From assembly GCA_964625865.1 (NCBI GenBank), contig CAZVEV010000001.1:1-62053 (forward strand): 62,053 nucleotides of DNA, in the 5' to 3' direction. This stretch comes from an uncultured Planctomycetaceae bacterium. GTDB lineage: Bacteria; Planctomycetota; Phycisphaerae; SM23-33. How positions within the stretch are numbered: the first letter of the stretch is position 1; every line of letters starts with the position of its first letter. The notes beneath the pieces are model-generated. The model did not search any database. It was not told the origin of the DNA and saw only the letters and a program-made list of their open reading frames with translations. Position numbers and translations under genes: made by a program. Of this stretch, positions 53,780-62,053 are shown piece by piece.

Positions 53780-54606
53780 GCGACTCCAGCGCCTTGAACG
53801 AAAGAAACCGCCTGGTCAAGACGTTCGCCGAACTGCGGGCGGCCGGTAAGAAAACCGTCCTGCCGTTCCTGACGGCGGGCTATCCGGACCTCGAGGCCAC
53901 CGCGGCGATGCTGACCGACATCGAGTCGCGCGGCGCGCGAATCTGCGAACTGGGCGTCCCGTTTTCCGATCCGATCGCGGACGGCCCGACCATCCAGGCC
54001 TCCTATACCGACGCGCTGGCCGGCGGGGTCACCAGCGAGAAGATCTTCGACATGGTCCGGGCCTACCGCGCCGGCGGCGGGCGGATGGCGCTGGTGGCGA
54101 TGGTCAGTTTCTCGATCGTCTTCCGCCACGGGCCCGAGCAGTACCTCGACTCGGCCCGCGAGGCGGGGTTCGACGGCGTGATCGTGCCCGACCTGCCGCT
54201 GGACGAAGCCGGCGCCATGGAAGACCTGACCGCCGCGCGGGGCCTGTGCAACATCCTGCTGATCTCGCCGACGACCCCGCCGGCGCGGCGGATCGAGATT
54301 GCGAGGCACTGCAGCGGGTTTATCTACTTCATGTCGGTCGCGGGGATCACCGGCGAGCGGTCGGCCCTTCCGGCTGAGACGATCTCCGCGGTGGCCGAAC
54401 TGCGCGAGCACACCGAGACCCCCGTCTGCGTGGGGTTCGGCATCTCCTCGCCGGAGATGGTCCAAACCGTCTGCGAGGCCGCCGACGGGGCGATCGTGGG
54501 GTCAGCAATCGTGCATCGAATCACCGATGCCAAGGACTCACCGCGTGAGCAACTGGTCTCTCACGTGGGACAGTTCGTGGGTGAGTTGTTGGAACCGCTG
54601 GACTAG
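53776..54606 (+). CDS. trpA: tryptophan synthase alpha chain
   Basis: ATGA overlap with trp[28 protein letters not shown] and [15 protein letters not shown]. Confidence 0.95.
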   Translation: MSDSSALNERNRLVKTFAELRAAGKKTVLPFLTAGYPDLEATAAMLTDIESRGARICELGVPFSDPIADGPTIQASYTDALAGGVTSEKIFDMVRAYRAGGGRMALVAMVSFSIVFRHGPEQYLDSAREAGFDGVIVPDLPLDEAGAMEDLTAARGLCNILLISPTTPPARRIEIARHCSGFIYFMSVAGITGERSALPAETISAVAELREHTETPVCVGFGISSPEMVQTVCEAADGAIVGSAIVHRITDAKDSPREQLVSHVGQFVGELLEPLD

Positions 54607-54704
54607 TGCGATCCCAACGCCCCCAGGCTCCGCCTGGGGGGTCTCTGCGAGTAAGAATCCGTCTCCTTCGCAGACCAGTTCGTGAGACCCCGTCTTATAC
54701 CGGA

Positions 54705-54750
54705 AGTGATCCGTGTTCGCGGATACCCCACAGGTGGAACCTGTGGGCGT
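54705..54750. repeat. repeat family 5, copy 1 (AGTGATCCGTGTTCGCG.A.ACCCCACAGGTGGAACCTGTGGGCGT)
   Basis: 46 bp. Contains the hairpin CCCACAGG tggaa CCTGTGGG. Confidence 0.8.
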
Positions 54751-54776
54751 TGGACTGTGATCGCAGCGCCTCAGGG

Positions 54777-54849
54777 GTAGGGCGTGCAACTTGTTGCACG
54801 CGGAACGGATTGGGTGTTCGTCCCGCGTGCAACGAGTTGCACGCCCTAC
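54777..54849. repeat. palindromic repeat family 1, copy 2
   Basis: Same termini and arms as 11696-11769, with a different central loop. Lies between convergent trpA and accA and ends 5 nt before the accA stop. Confidence 0.9.
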
Positions 54850-54854
54850 CCGCT

Positions 54855-55874
54855 TTACCCGGCGCGCGTGTTGGCGGGGGCCATTTTGGGGACGCCCAGG
54901 ACCTTGCCCATGCGGCGCCAGCGGTCGTACCGGTGGGTCAACAGGGCGTCGGTGTCGACACGCTTCAACTCGCGGAGCGACCGGACGATATGGCGTTCGA
55001 GATTGTTCGCCGCCTCGGCCCCGTTGCGGTGGGCCCCGCCCAGAGGCTCGGGGATGATCTCGTCGATCACGTCCAGGGCCTTCAGTTGCCTCGCCGTCAG
55101 TCTCAGCGCCTCAGCGGCGGCGGGGGCTTGCTCGCCCGTGCGCCACAGGATGCTCGCGCAGCCCTCGGGCGAGATCACCGAGTAGTAGGCGTATTCCATC
55201 ATGGCTATCCGGTCGCCCACGCCCAGGCCGATCGCCCCGCCCGAACCGCCCTCGCCGATAACCACGCAGACGATCGGCGTCTTGAGGCGGCTCATCTCCA
55301 TCATGTTGACCGCGATGGCCTCGGCCACCCCGCGCTCCTCCGAGCCCACGCCCGGATAGGCGCCGCTGGTGTCGATCAAGGTGACGACCGGCAGGGAGAA
55401 CTTCTCAGCCAACTTCATCGCCCGAAGGCTCTTGCGATAGCCTTCGGGGTGGGCCATCCCGAAGTTGCACGCGACCTTCTCCTTCGTGTCGCGTCCCTTG
55501 TGGTGGGCGATCAGGACAACCTTCTCCGTGCCGATGCGTCCGAGTCCGCATCGGATGGCCTTGTCGTCGGCAAACGTCCGATCGCCATGGATCGCGACGA
55601 AATCCTTGACCACCATGTTGATGTAGTCGCCCGCCAGGGGCCGCAACGGATGACGCGCCACCTGGACCGTCTCCCAGGCCGACAGGTCCTTGTACGTCTG
55701 GCGGAGCAGCGAGATGTACTCGCCCCGCAGATTGCGGATCTGGTTGGAGTAGTCGCGCCCGACCTCTTCCTGGTGGCTCTGGAGTTCGTCGATGCGGCGC
55801 TGCAGTTGGACGATCGGCTTCTCGAAGGGCAGTTGGTATCCGTTCTCGACGCCGTTGGATGTATTCTTGGCCAT
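54855..55874 (-). CDS. accA: acetyl-CoA carboxylase carboxyltransferase subunit alpha
   Basis: LPFEKPIVQLQRRIDEL, RHPLRP, FGMAHPEGYRK and PVVTLIDTSGAYPGVGSEERG. Confidence 0.95.
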   Translation of the reverse strand: MAKNTSNGVENGYQLPFEKPIVQLQRRIDELQSHQEEVGRDYSNQIRNLRGEYISLLRQTYKDLSAWETVQVARHPLRPLAGDYINMVVKDFVAIHGDRTFADDKAIRCGLGRIGTEKVVLIAHHKGRDTKEKVACNFGMAHPEGYRKSLRAMKLAEKFSLPVVTLIDTSGAYPGVGSEERGVAEAIAVNMMEMSRLKTPIVCVVIGEGGSGGAIGLGVGDRIAMMEYAYYSVISPEGCASILWRTGEQAPAAAEALRLTARQLKALDVIDEIIPEPLGGAHRNGAEAANNLERHIVRSLRELKRVDTDALLTHRYDRWRRMGKVLGVPKMAPANTRAG

Positions 55875-56143
55875 AATGTGCGGTCTAGCCTTTGCGTCGC
55901 TGCCCGGTTCCCAGCCGCCGGAGCCTGTCGACGCGGAATCTGATATCGAGGTTCTATGCCAACAAAGGACGCGTCAAACGCGTCCTTTGGTTCGTTGGTT
56001 CACACACAAATGATAGCACATTGCGGCCCGGCGGCAAGGAAAAACTGTGGCGGTGGGGCGTGGCAGGCGGTCTGACGTCCATAAACGCCCTCCAGCCGCC
56101 TGCCGACGTCGCAACGGGACCTGCCCCCTCCGACGCCTCAAAA

Positions 56144-56168
56144 GCGGCTAGGCGCAAGGCCAGACCCC
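56144..56168. repeat. repeat family 7, copy 2
   Basis: GCGGCTAGGCGCAAGGCCAGACCCC. Confidence 0.8.
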
Positions 56169-56181
56169 ATCGCGTATCGGG

Positions 56182-56227
56182 AGTGATCCGTGTTCGCGAA
56201 CACCCCACAGGTGGAACCTGTGGGCGT
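56182..56227. repeat. repeat family 5, copy 2
   Basis: Differs from copy 1 at 3 of 46 positions by eye. Confidence 0.8.
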
Positions 56228-56251
56228 GTGTGCCCCGTGCATCGCGCAGCG

Positions 56252-57661
56252 CTACTTCGGGGGCTTCTTCTTCCTTCGTCGCTTCCCGCCGCCGGACGGG
56301 CGGGGACTGTCGGTCACGCCGGGCGGTGGGGGAGGCTGGGCGGTGGCGCCGGTGGCCACGTCTTTCTTCCAGGCGTCGATGGCGGCGAGCATCTGTTTGA
56401 CGCGGGCGGGGTGTTTGGCGGCCAGGTTCGTCGTCTCGCCGATGTCGTCGGCGAGGTTGTAGAGGTTTACGCCCGTGGTGCCGCGCCCGTCGATGATGAG
56501 CTTCCACGGCCCGTCGCGCATGGCCTTGCCGTTCCAGAAGAGCTTTCGCTGTCCGAGCGACTTGCCTTCCAGCAGGAGCGGGGCGAGGCTGATGCCGTCG
56601 AGCTTGTGGCCGGCGGGGACCTTCGCGCCGGCCAGGTCGAGCAGGGTGGGCATGATGTCGAGGCTGATGGCCAGTTGGTCGCTGACCTGCCCTGGCTTGA
56701 TCTTGCCCTGCCATGCCGCGATGGCCGGCTCGCGATGGCCTCCCTCCCAGTTCGTGCCCTTGCCTTCCCTCAGCGGCTTGTTGGACCCGACCTTCGTCAC
56801 GCCCCCGTTGTCGGAGAAGAAGACGATCAGCGTTCGCTCGGCGAGGCCGTGTTTCTTCACGGCCGCCATGATCGCGCCCAGCGAGTCGTCCATCGCCTTC
56901 ATCATCAGGGGGTAGGTCTCTTTGGGGCTGCGTTTGGGTTTGCCCTTGTTCGGCACGTTGCCGCGTTGGGGCGGGTCGTCGGGGGCCTGGAAGGGGCTGT
57001 GGACGGCTTCGTGGGCGACATAGAGGCAAAACGGGCGGTCGGCGTTGTCGGCAATGAACTTGACCGAGTGCTTCGTGATCAGGTGCGTGACGTAGCCGTC
57101 CTCCTTGATCCGCTCGAGGCCCTCCCACCAGTCGTGCGTGCCCATTCGATCATAGTGCGAGATGAAGTCCACGTTGCCGCTGACGTACCCGCGGAACGTG
57201 TCGAACCCGTGGTGCAGCGGGTTGTACTTCTTCGCATATCCCAGGTGCCACTTGCCGATAATCGCCGACGTATAGCCGACTTTCTTCAGCAGCTTGGGAA
57301 ACGTCACCTCGGTGGTCTGCAGGCCCGTGTGGTAGTCGCGCCGCCTCGGGTCGGCTGTCACGACGTGGGCCAGACCCGCCCGCTGCTGGTATCGCCCGGT
57401 CATCAGCCCCGCGCGGGTCGGGCTGCACACGTTGCCGCTGGCGTGGAAGTCCGTCAAGCGGATCCCCCGCGCCGCCATCGCCTCCATGTGCGGCGTCTTG
57501 ATCCACCCGCCGTACGCGCTGGAGTCGCCGTACCCCATGTCGTCGGCGAGCACGATGATGAAGTTCGGCTTTCTCGCGTCGGGCGCCTTGCCCAGGGCCG
57601 CCGGCGCCGCCAGCGCCGCGGCGCCGACGCCGAATGTCTTGAGGAATCCGCGTCGTGTCAT
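56252..57661 (-). CDS. TAT-exported arylsulfatase-family sulfatase
   Basis: ATG 57661 gives MTRRGFLKTFGVGAAALAAPAALG. Sulfatase signature CSPTRAGLMTGR and NFIIVLADDMGYGD. Unusual C-terminal tail PPPPPGVTDSPRPSGGGKRRRKKKPPK. Confidence 0.9.
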   Translation of the reverse strand: MTRRGFLKTFGVGAAALAAPAALGKAPDARKPNFIIVLADDMGYGDSSAYGGWIKTPHMEAMAARGIRLTDFHASGNVCSPTRAGLMTGRYQQRAGLAHVVTADPRRRDYHTGLQTTEVTFPKLLKKVGYTSAIIGKWHLGYAKKYNPLHHGFDTFRGYVSGNVDFISHYDRMGTHDWWEGLERIKEDGYVTHLITKHSVKFIADNADRPFCLYVAHEAVHSPFQAPDDPPQRGNVPNKGKPKRSPKETYPLMMKAMDDSLGAIMAAVKKHGLAERTLIVFFSDNGGVTKVGSNKPLREGKGTNWEGGHREPAIAAWQGKIKPGQVSDQLAISLDIMPTLLDLAGAKVPAGHKLDGISLAPLLLEGKSLGQRKLFWNGKAMRDGPWKLIIDGRGTTGVNLYNLADDIGETTNLAAKHPARVKQMLAAIDAWKKDVATGATAQPPPPPGVTDSPRPSGGGKRRRKKKPPK

Positions 57662-57910
57662 ATCGGGCGGGGCGTTCCGTGTTCCGGCAGTTGCTGTCAT
57701 CTGTTGTCTTCCAATATCTCTTCAGGCAGTCCGGGGCTTGGTTGCATGAGCATAGTCGAATAGCGCAGGGGGCTCAACCAGCGTTCGGGCCGGGCGGAAG
57801 ACGAAGACAGGACGTGGTAATTGCCTCAGGTGGGGGATATGATGTGCCGAAGTGCCCGTGAACGGTGCGGGCGCAAGACAGTGGGTAGTGCCAGCATAGG
57901 TGAGAGAACG

Positions 57911-59044
57911 ATGAGAACACTTCGCGGGAGTTGTGCGTGTGTCGCCATGATCGTGATGACCGGCCTTCTGTCGGGTTGTCTTTTCCCCCTGCCGCCCGAA
58001 CCGACCGCACCAGCTCCGCCGCCGGCGTTCGCGCCGAACGGCAAGGTCCACCTGACCGACGGCAGTACGCTGGTGGTCAACGTCAAGGGTCTGGCCGATG
58101 GCAAGCTGCTGGTCGAGACGTCCTACGGCGGGGACACTGAACTGGACATGGCCACTGTTGCCGGCCTGTCGACGGACAAGCCGATGAACATCCGGATCAA
58201 GGAAAACGGAACCACCGACGCGGGCCTGACGACGCTGGGGTACGATGCGGCGACCGGACAGACGGTGGTCAAGAGGCCTGCCGGCGACCGCCCGGTTCAG
58301 ATCGGGTGGCTCGACGCGATGTGGGCCGACGGTGCCGATCCCCCCGAGGTGGTGGCCGCCAAGGCCAAGGCCGAAGCCGAGCGTCCCAAGTGGACGGCGG
58401 AGCTGGAGGCCGGCATCGTGGGGCGAAGCGGTACGACCGAGCGCACCGCGGCGAACCTGGGCATCGAGATCAACCGCAAGACGCCGACCAACCGCTGGAA
58501 GAACTACTTCGACGCCCGCTACGCGAAAGAGAACGGGCGGAACACCGAGCAGGAGTTTATCGGCGGGACGGCCCTGGAAGTCGACTGGACCGATCGCCTG
58601 TTCGTCTTCGGAGGGACCGAACTCGAGAACGACGTGCGCGAGGACATCAAGCTGCGGTGGACCACGACGGGCGGCTTTGGATATTTCATCATTCGTGAGA
58701 AGGACCACGAGTTCAAGGCCCGCGGCGGCGTGGGTTATGTCCACGAGAGCTACGACAGCGGCGGGACGGACGACAAGCCGATCCTCGAACTCGGCGAGAG
58801 CTACACCAGGAAGCTGACCTACTGGATGAAGTTCGAGCATGACCTGGTCTACAAGCCCTCGCTGCAGGACACCGGCGACTTCAGGATCACGATGGAGAAC
58901 GCCCTGGCCATGCCGCTGTCGAAGAAGGTGGACTGGCAGATCAAGATCGGCGTCAAGAACGACTACAACGCCCAGCCCGGTGCCGCCGCCGACAGGCGTC
59001 TCGATACGTTCTACTTCGCCAACCTCGTCTGGTCGTGGGACTAG
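57911..59044 (+). CDS. DUF481-family outer-membrane lipoprotein (YdiY-like)
   Basis: ATG 57911 gives MRTLRGSCACVAMIVMTGLLSGC (lipobox). C-terminal beta-barrel-like half W.T.LE.G......GNT...N......R.....W....F.A.Y... ending in DTFYFANLVWSW. Confidence 0.7.
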   Translation: MRTLRGSCACVAMIVMTGLLSGCLFPLPPEPTAPAPPPAFAPNGKVHLTDGSTLVVNVKGLADGKLLVETSYGGDTELDMATVAGLSTDKPMNIRIKENGTTDAGLTTLGYDAATGQTVVKRPAGDRPVQIGWLDAMWADGADPPEVVAAKAKAEAERPKWTAELEAGIVGRSGTTERTAANLGIEINRKTPTNRWKNYFDARYAKENGRNTEQEFIGGTALEVDWTDRLFVFGGTELENDVREDIKLRWTTTGGFGYFIIREKDHEFKARGGVGYVHESYDSGGTDDKPILELGESYTRKLTYWMKFEHDLVYKPSLQDTGDFRITMENALAMPLSKKVDWQIKIGVKNDYNAQPGAAADRRLDTFYFANLVWSWD

Positions 59045-59058
59045 GAGCGTTCTGTCCG

Positions 59059-59095
59059 AAAGGCCCCCCGACGGCGTCGGGGGGATCCCCGCGAC
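59059..59095. repeat. repeat family 4, copy 2
   Basis: AAAGGCCCCCCGACGGCGTCGGGGGGATCCCCGCGAC, abutting the family 3 palindrome. Confidence 0.8.
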
Positions 59096-59120
59096 GTCCC
59101 GATGTACATCGGGACGTCGC
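59091..59120. repeat. repeat family 3, copy 3 (extended 30-bp perfect palindrome)
   Basis: GCGACGTCCCGATGTACATCGGGACGTCGC is its own reverse complement. Confidence 0.85.
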
Positions 59121-59215
59121 GTTGCACTGCATGATACGTCGTCTCAAGATGGCGCGCGGTGCCTGACACCAGGCGCCGGAGATTCCCCTTCCCGTGCCCC
59201 TCGAGTGGGCGACTA

Positions 59216-59776
59216 TCAGCGGCGGCGGTTTCCGTGCGACCGCGTTCGCGGCCCGCACGTGCTGCCGTAGCCTCCGATGACGAAGCCCATGGACCCGCTG
59301 TAGGCATGGAAGTAGGGCCCCACGCGCCGGCCGATCCAGGGCGAGCCGTACAGGTCCCCCGACCCGTACGTCCCGTAATGGTATCCTCCCCCGTGGCCGT
59401 ATCTCGATCCGTAGCCGCCGCGCCCGTAGCCGCCCCACGGGTAGTAGCCCACCACCGTTCCGGACGTCGGCCAGGAGTACGTCTGGAGCAACTCGTGGGG
59501 ATCGTAGGGCTGCGGCGCCGCGGCGACCGCCTCGTGGTCAGCGGTGTAGGTCTCGACCGGCTCACCCCGGGGACCGGCCACTTCCACAGCCTCGCCGTCG
59601 CGACCCGGGCGTTCGTAGACCACGTCACCACGGAGGGGATCCAGCCAGTACTCCAGGTAGAACTCCTTCGTGCAGGCCGAAAGCAGCACCGCCGGCGCCA
59701 GCAGCGCGAGCAAAGCTCCCGTACGTCGGATCTGCCAGTGGTGCCCCAAAGTTGGTCTGTCGCTGTTACGTGTCAT
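59216..59776 (-). CDS. hypothetical lipoprotein with Gly/Tyr-rich C-terminal region
   Basis: ATG 59776 with GGAGGTG SD. Signal plus lipobox ALLALLAPAVLLSAC. C-terminus GYYPWGGYGRGGYGSRYGHGGGYHYGTYGSGDLYGSPW. Confidence 0.6.
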   Translation of the reverse strand: MTRNSDRPTLGHHWQIRRTGALLALLAPAVLLSACTKEFYLEYWLDPLRGDVVYERPGRDGEAVEVAGPRGEPVETYTADHEAVAAAPQPYDPHELLQTYSWPTSGTVVGYYPWGGYGRGGYGSRYGHGGGYHYGTYGSGDLYGSPWIGRRVGPYFHAYSGSMGFVIGGYGSTCGPRTRSHGNRRR

Positions 59777-59867
59777 GGCAAGATCACCTCCTGCCCGGGG
59801 GCGGTCAATCAGTTGACCTGCGCCCACTTCATTATACATCACAGCCGTCTGGCCGGGAACGGGTATT

Positions 59868-60881
59868 TCACCGCTGCTCCGTCCCGCGCCGTTCGCCCTT
59901 GACCGTCGCCCCGGCCGCATACCGGGCGTATCGCTCGGCCACCTTGCCTCCCTTCACGTCCCCGCGGTGGACGAGCACGCCCACGCGACGCGCCATGCTC
60001 TTGCCCTTGCCCAGCGTGAACTTCTTGCCGCTCCTGGCCGCGGTGCGCCGCGGGCCGAACGTGCCGTAGTCCCGCGTCAACCACTTGTGCGGGCGGGGGT
60101 TAGTTGGATGACTGAACACCGTCAGCCCTTCAGTCACCCCGCCGACCGTGGCCGAGTAGTCCACCCAGTCGGCCACCTTGCCGTGCGTGCCCTTCTGGTT
60201 GATCCCGCCGGCGGAGTTGGTGATTCGCCCCCCGCCTCCTGCCACCGCGAACGCCGGATCCATCCGCAGGTAAGGCCACGCGTAGTGGACCGAATCGCTG
60301 ACGAAATGCACGTCGCCATACGACGCGGTGACTGTGAACGTAATATCCAGCAGATACTCGCCTTGGCCCAGGGCCTGGACGGTCATCAGCCGCGTCTCGT
60401 TGAGAACGGGCGTCCTGGTGTCCATCTCCCAGACGAGTTTCGAGGTCGTCCTCGCGCTATCGCCCGCGGCCTTGGCGGGCGTGAAACTGACGTGGCGTAT
60501 ATGGTCGCGAAACGGCGAGGTGGGATCGTTCTTGCGGATTCGCGAGTAGAACGCATTGTAGAACGAGACCTTGCGCTTGCCGTCCAGTTGGACGGTGTCG
60601 GCGAACCAGAAACAGCGGTGGTGCGGGTATTTCTGCTTGGCCGTCGGCTGGGGCAGCGTCATGGGCTTGCCCGACGGGCTGTTCAGTACGATGTAGGGCA
60701 GGTCGACGTTCTTGCCGTAGCGGTACGCAAACGCCTCGGCCCCGTCGATGACCGTCGCGATGCGCCCGGTCCGAACGTCTTGCTTGAACGCTATGCGGGG
60801 CGCGTCGGCGGGCTTGGCGGCGCAGGCGGCTGTCGCTGTGGCCAACAGAGCGAGGCAACTCCATGCGGTGCGGCTGATCAT
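59868..60881 (-). CDS. PmoA-family / DUF6807-like secreted protein
   Basis: ATG 60881 with GGGAGAA SD. Signal MISRTAWSCLALLATATAACA. FAYRYGKNVDLPYIVLNSPSGKPMT...YPHHRCFWFADTV resembles the DUF6807 N-terminal block. The family call is moderate. Confidence 0.6.
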   Translation of the reverse strand: MISRTAWSCLALLATATAACAAKPADAPRIAFKQDVRTGRIATVIDGAEAFAYRYGKNVDLPYIVLNSPSGKPMTLPQPTAKQKYPHHRCFWFADTVQLDGKRKVSFYNAFYSRIRKNDPTSPFRDHIRHVSFTPAKAAGDSARTTSKLVWEMDTRTPVLNETRLMTVQALGQGEYLLDITFTVTASYGDVHFVSDSVHYAWPYLRMDPAFAVAGGGGRITNSAGGINQKGTHGKVADWVDYSATVGGVTEGLTVFSHPTNPRPHKWLTRDYGTFGPRRTAARSGKKFTLGKGKSMARRVGVLVHRGDVKGGKVAERYARYAAGATVKGERRGTEQR

Positions 60882-60900
60882 GGCTTTCTCCCTGTGTGGG

Positions 60901-61947
60901 TTATCCGTTGACCACGTCGAGCATGGCCTGGAGGTTCTCGATGGGCGTTCCGGGCGAGACGCCGCCGCCGGGGCTGACCAGCAGGGGGGCACAATCGCTC
61001 AGTTTCGCAAGCAGATCTTCCGTCGCGCGGTGCACCTCGCGGGTCGTGCCTCGCACCAGCACGTCCAGCGGCGGGACGTTGCCCATCAGCACGATGTCCG
61101 GGCCGATCAGCTCCCGGGCGCGAACCGGATCGACGACGTGACTGAAGTTGAACACGTCGATGCCCACGCCGGCCAGCACGGGGTAGACGTTCTCGTTCGG
61201 CGTGTCGTTGTGGAAGACGTGGATCAGCCCGTCGAACTCGTCGAAGATGCGCTTCAAGCGAGGGGCGGCAAACCGTTCGGCGTCGGCGGGCGAGATCATG
61301 CCCACTACGTCATCGAGAACGAGGACGCCCAGTGGATCGGCGATCCGCTCGAGCTGCGACTTCAGGAATCGGATGCACAGGTCCATGGTCTGGTCAAGCA
61401 GGCGCATGCACTTGTCGGGGTCCAGGGGCATGGACATGAGCAGATCGGTCACGCCGACCAGGTGCGATGCCACCGCCAGCGGCCCGCGTACCGCAGCCAT
61501 GCGCGGCGCGAATTCGCTGCATGCCTCGTCGTCGGCCAACCGCTCGTAGCGGCGCAGGACGGCGGGCATGAGCCCGTCAGTCTCGGGGTCCGGCGCGTCG
61601 GCGGCCAGCACCGCGTCGATGCCGCCGGGCACGTGATGGACGCCCGGCGGGGACGTGCCGCTCCACTGGACCGGCGTGCCCCAGCCGCTCGGCTCGGTCG
61701 CCATGCCGAACTCCACCCACCCGTCAGGCACGAAGGCCACGCCGGGCAGGTCCTGACGGATCCGCGTATAGGCGTCGGCCCAGACGCGCGGGTCGAAGTA
61801 GAAGTCCAGCGTGTTGGCCCCCGCGTAGCCGGGCAGCCAGGGCGAGTCGATGATCAGCGCCACCATCGTCTCGTCCGTTCGGCGCTCGCGGACGATGGCC
61901 TCGAAGCGTTCGGTCGGCGCGGCGGGGCTTTCACTGTTGCTGTTCAT
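60901..61947 (-). CDS. uroporphyrinogen decarboxylase (URO-D) family protein
   Basis: ATG 61947 (MNSNSESPAAPTERFEAIV...). TIM-barrel URO-D/MtaA-like layout (LIIDSPWLPGYAG..., IHVFHNDTPN, LMGNVPPLDVL and SPGGGVSPGTP). The track start 62052 is a GTG inside a palindromic repeat. Confidence 0.6.
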   Translation of the reverse strand: MNSNSESPAAPTERFEAIVRERRTDETMVALIIDSPWLPGYAGANTLDFYFDPRVWADAYTRIRQDLPGVAFVPDGWVEFGMATEPSGWGTPVQWSGTSPPGVHHVPGGIDAVLAADAPDPETDGLMPAVLRRYERLADDEACSEFAPRMAAVRGPLAVASHLVGVTDLLMSMPLDPDKCMRLLDQTMDLCIRFLKSQLERIADPLGVLVLDDVVGMISPADAERFAAPRLKRIFDEFDGLIHVFHNDTPNENVYPVLAGVGIDVFNFSHVVDPVRARELIGPDIVLMGNVPPLDVLVRGTTREVHRATEDLLAKLSDCAPLLVSPGGGVSPGTPIENLQAMLDVVNG

Positions 61948-61986
61948 GTCGTCTTCCGTGTGGGTCAAAGGTCGAAAGTCAAAGCC

Positions 61987-62053
61987 GTAGGGCGTGCAAC
62001 TCGTTGCACGCGGAATGATTGCCGCCTCCCTTCCGCGTGCAACGAGTTGCACG
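61987..62053. repeat. palindromic repeat family 1, copy 3 (cut by the window end)
   Basis: GTAGGGCGTGCAACTCGTTGCACGCGGAA...TTCCGCGTGCAACGAGTTGCACG, upstream of the URO-D-like gene. Confidence 0.85.

Noticed and set aside
55963-55989. 11-bp-stem hairpin CAAAGGACGCG tcaaa CGCGTCCTTTG as the terminator of the sulfatase gene.
   Set aside because: It lies ~260 nt beyond the sulfatase stop and lacks a convincing U-tract on the minus strand. I kept it only as an observation.

Overview
High-GC bacterial chromosomal window. The gene content looks Planctomycetota-like: prepilin-type [16 protein letters not shown] proteins, a TAT-exported Gfo/Idh/MocA oxidoreductase, a sulfatase, a PmoA/DUF6807-like protein and many PQQ-type propellers. 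This taxonomic call is inference only. I support 39 protein-coding features, one of them frameshifted. I found no rRNA, tRNA, CRISPR array, transposase or integrase. The left 22.5 kb is a same-strand array of six giant secreted PQQ/BamB-like beta-propeller proteins. Five of them (4635-22460) are diverged tandem paralogs that place a Sec-type signal peptide in front of an intact-looking class I SAM-methyltransferase motif. A TAT-exported oxidoreductase sits inside the array. Every paralog carries heptanucleotide (7-bp unit) tandem repeats inside its inter-propeller linker, at the same position in each but with different sequence. The rest of the window holds hypothetical secreted and membrane proteins, an orphan AAA/DUF4143 ATPase, mltA, and a small galactan-type glycan cluster (PQQ protein, GH53, SASA-like esterase). 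It also holds a frameshifted periplasmic-binding-protein-like gene, a Lys/Ala-rich histone-H1-like protein with two winged-helix-like modules, nadK, and a UDP-sugar pyrophosphorylase. Two tandem near-identical pseudopilin genes follow, one behind a perfect TTGACA-17-TATAAT promoter. Then come phoH / 7TM-HD / ybeY (the first junction interrupted by a ~309-bp element with ~52-bp inverted termini), comF, fumC, ThuA, malic enzyme, trpBA, accA, a sulfatase, a DUF481 lipoprotein and others. Intergenic DNA is packed with at least seven families of short palindromic units arranged as mosaics (REP/BIME/MITE-like). Several of these create false N-terminal ORF extensions in the six-frame track. All functional calls rest on motif recognition by eye; no database search was run.
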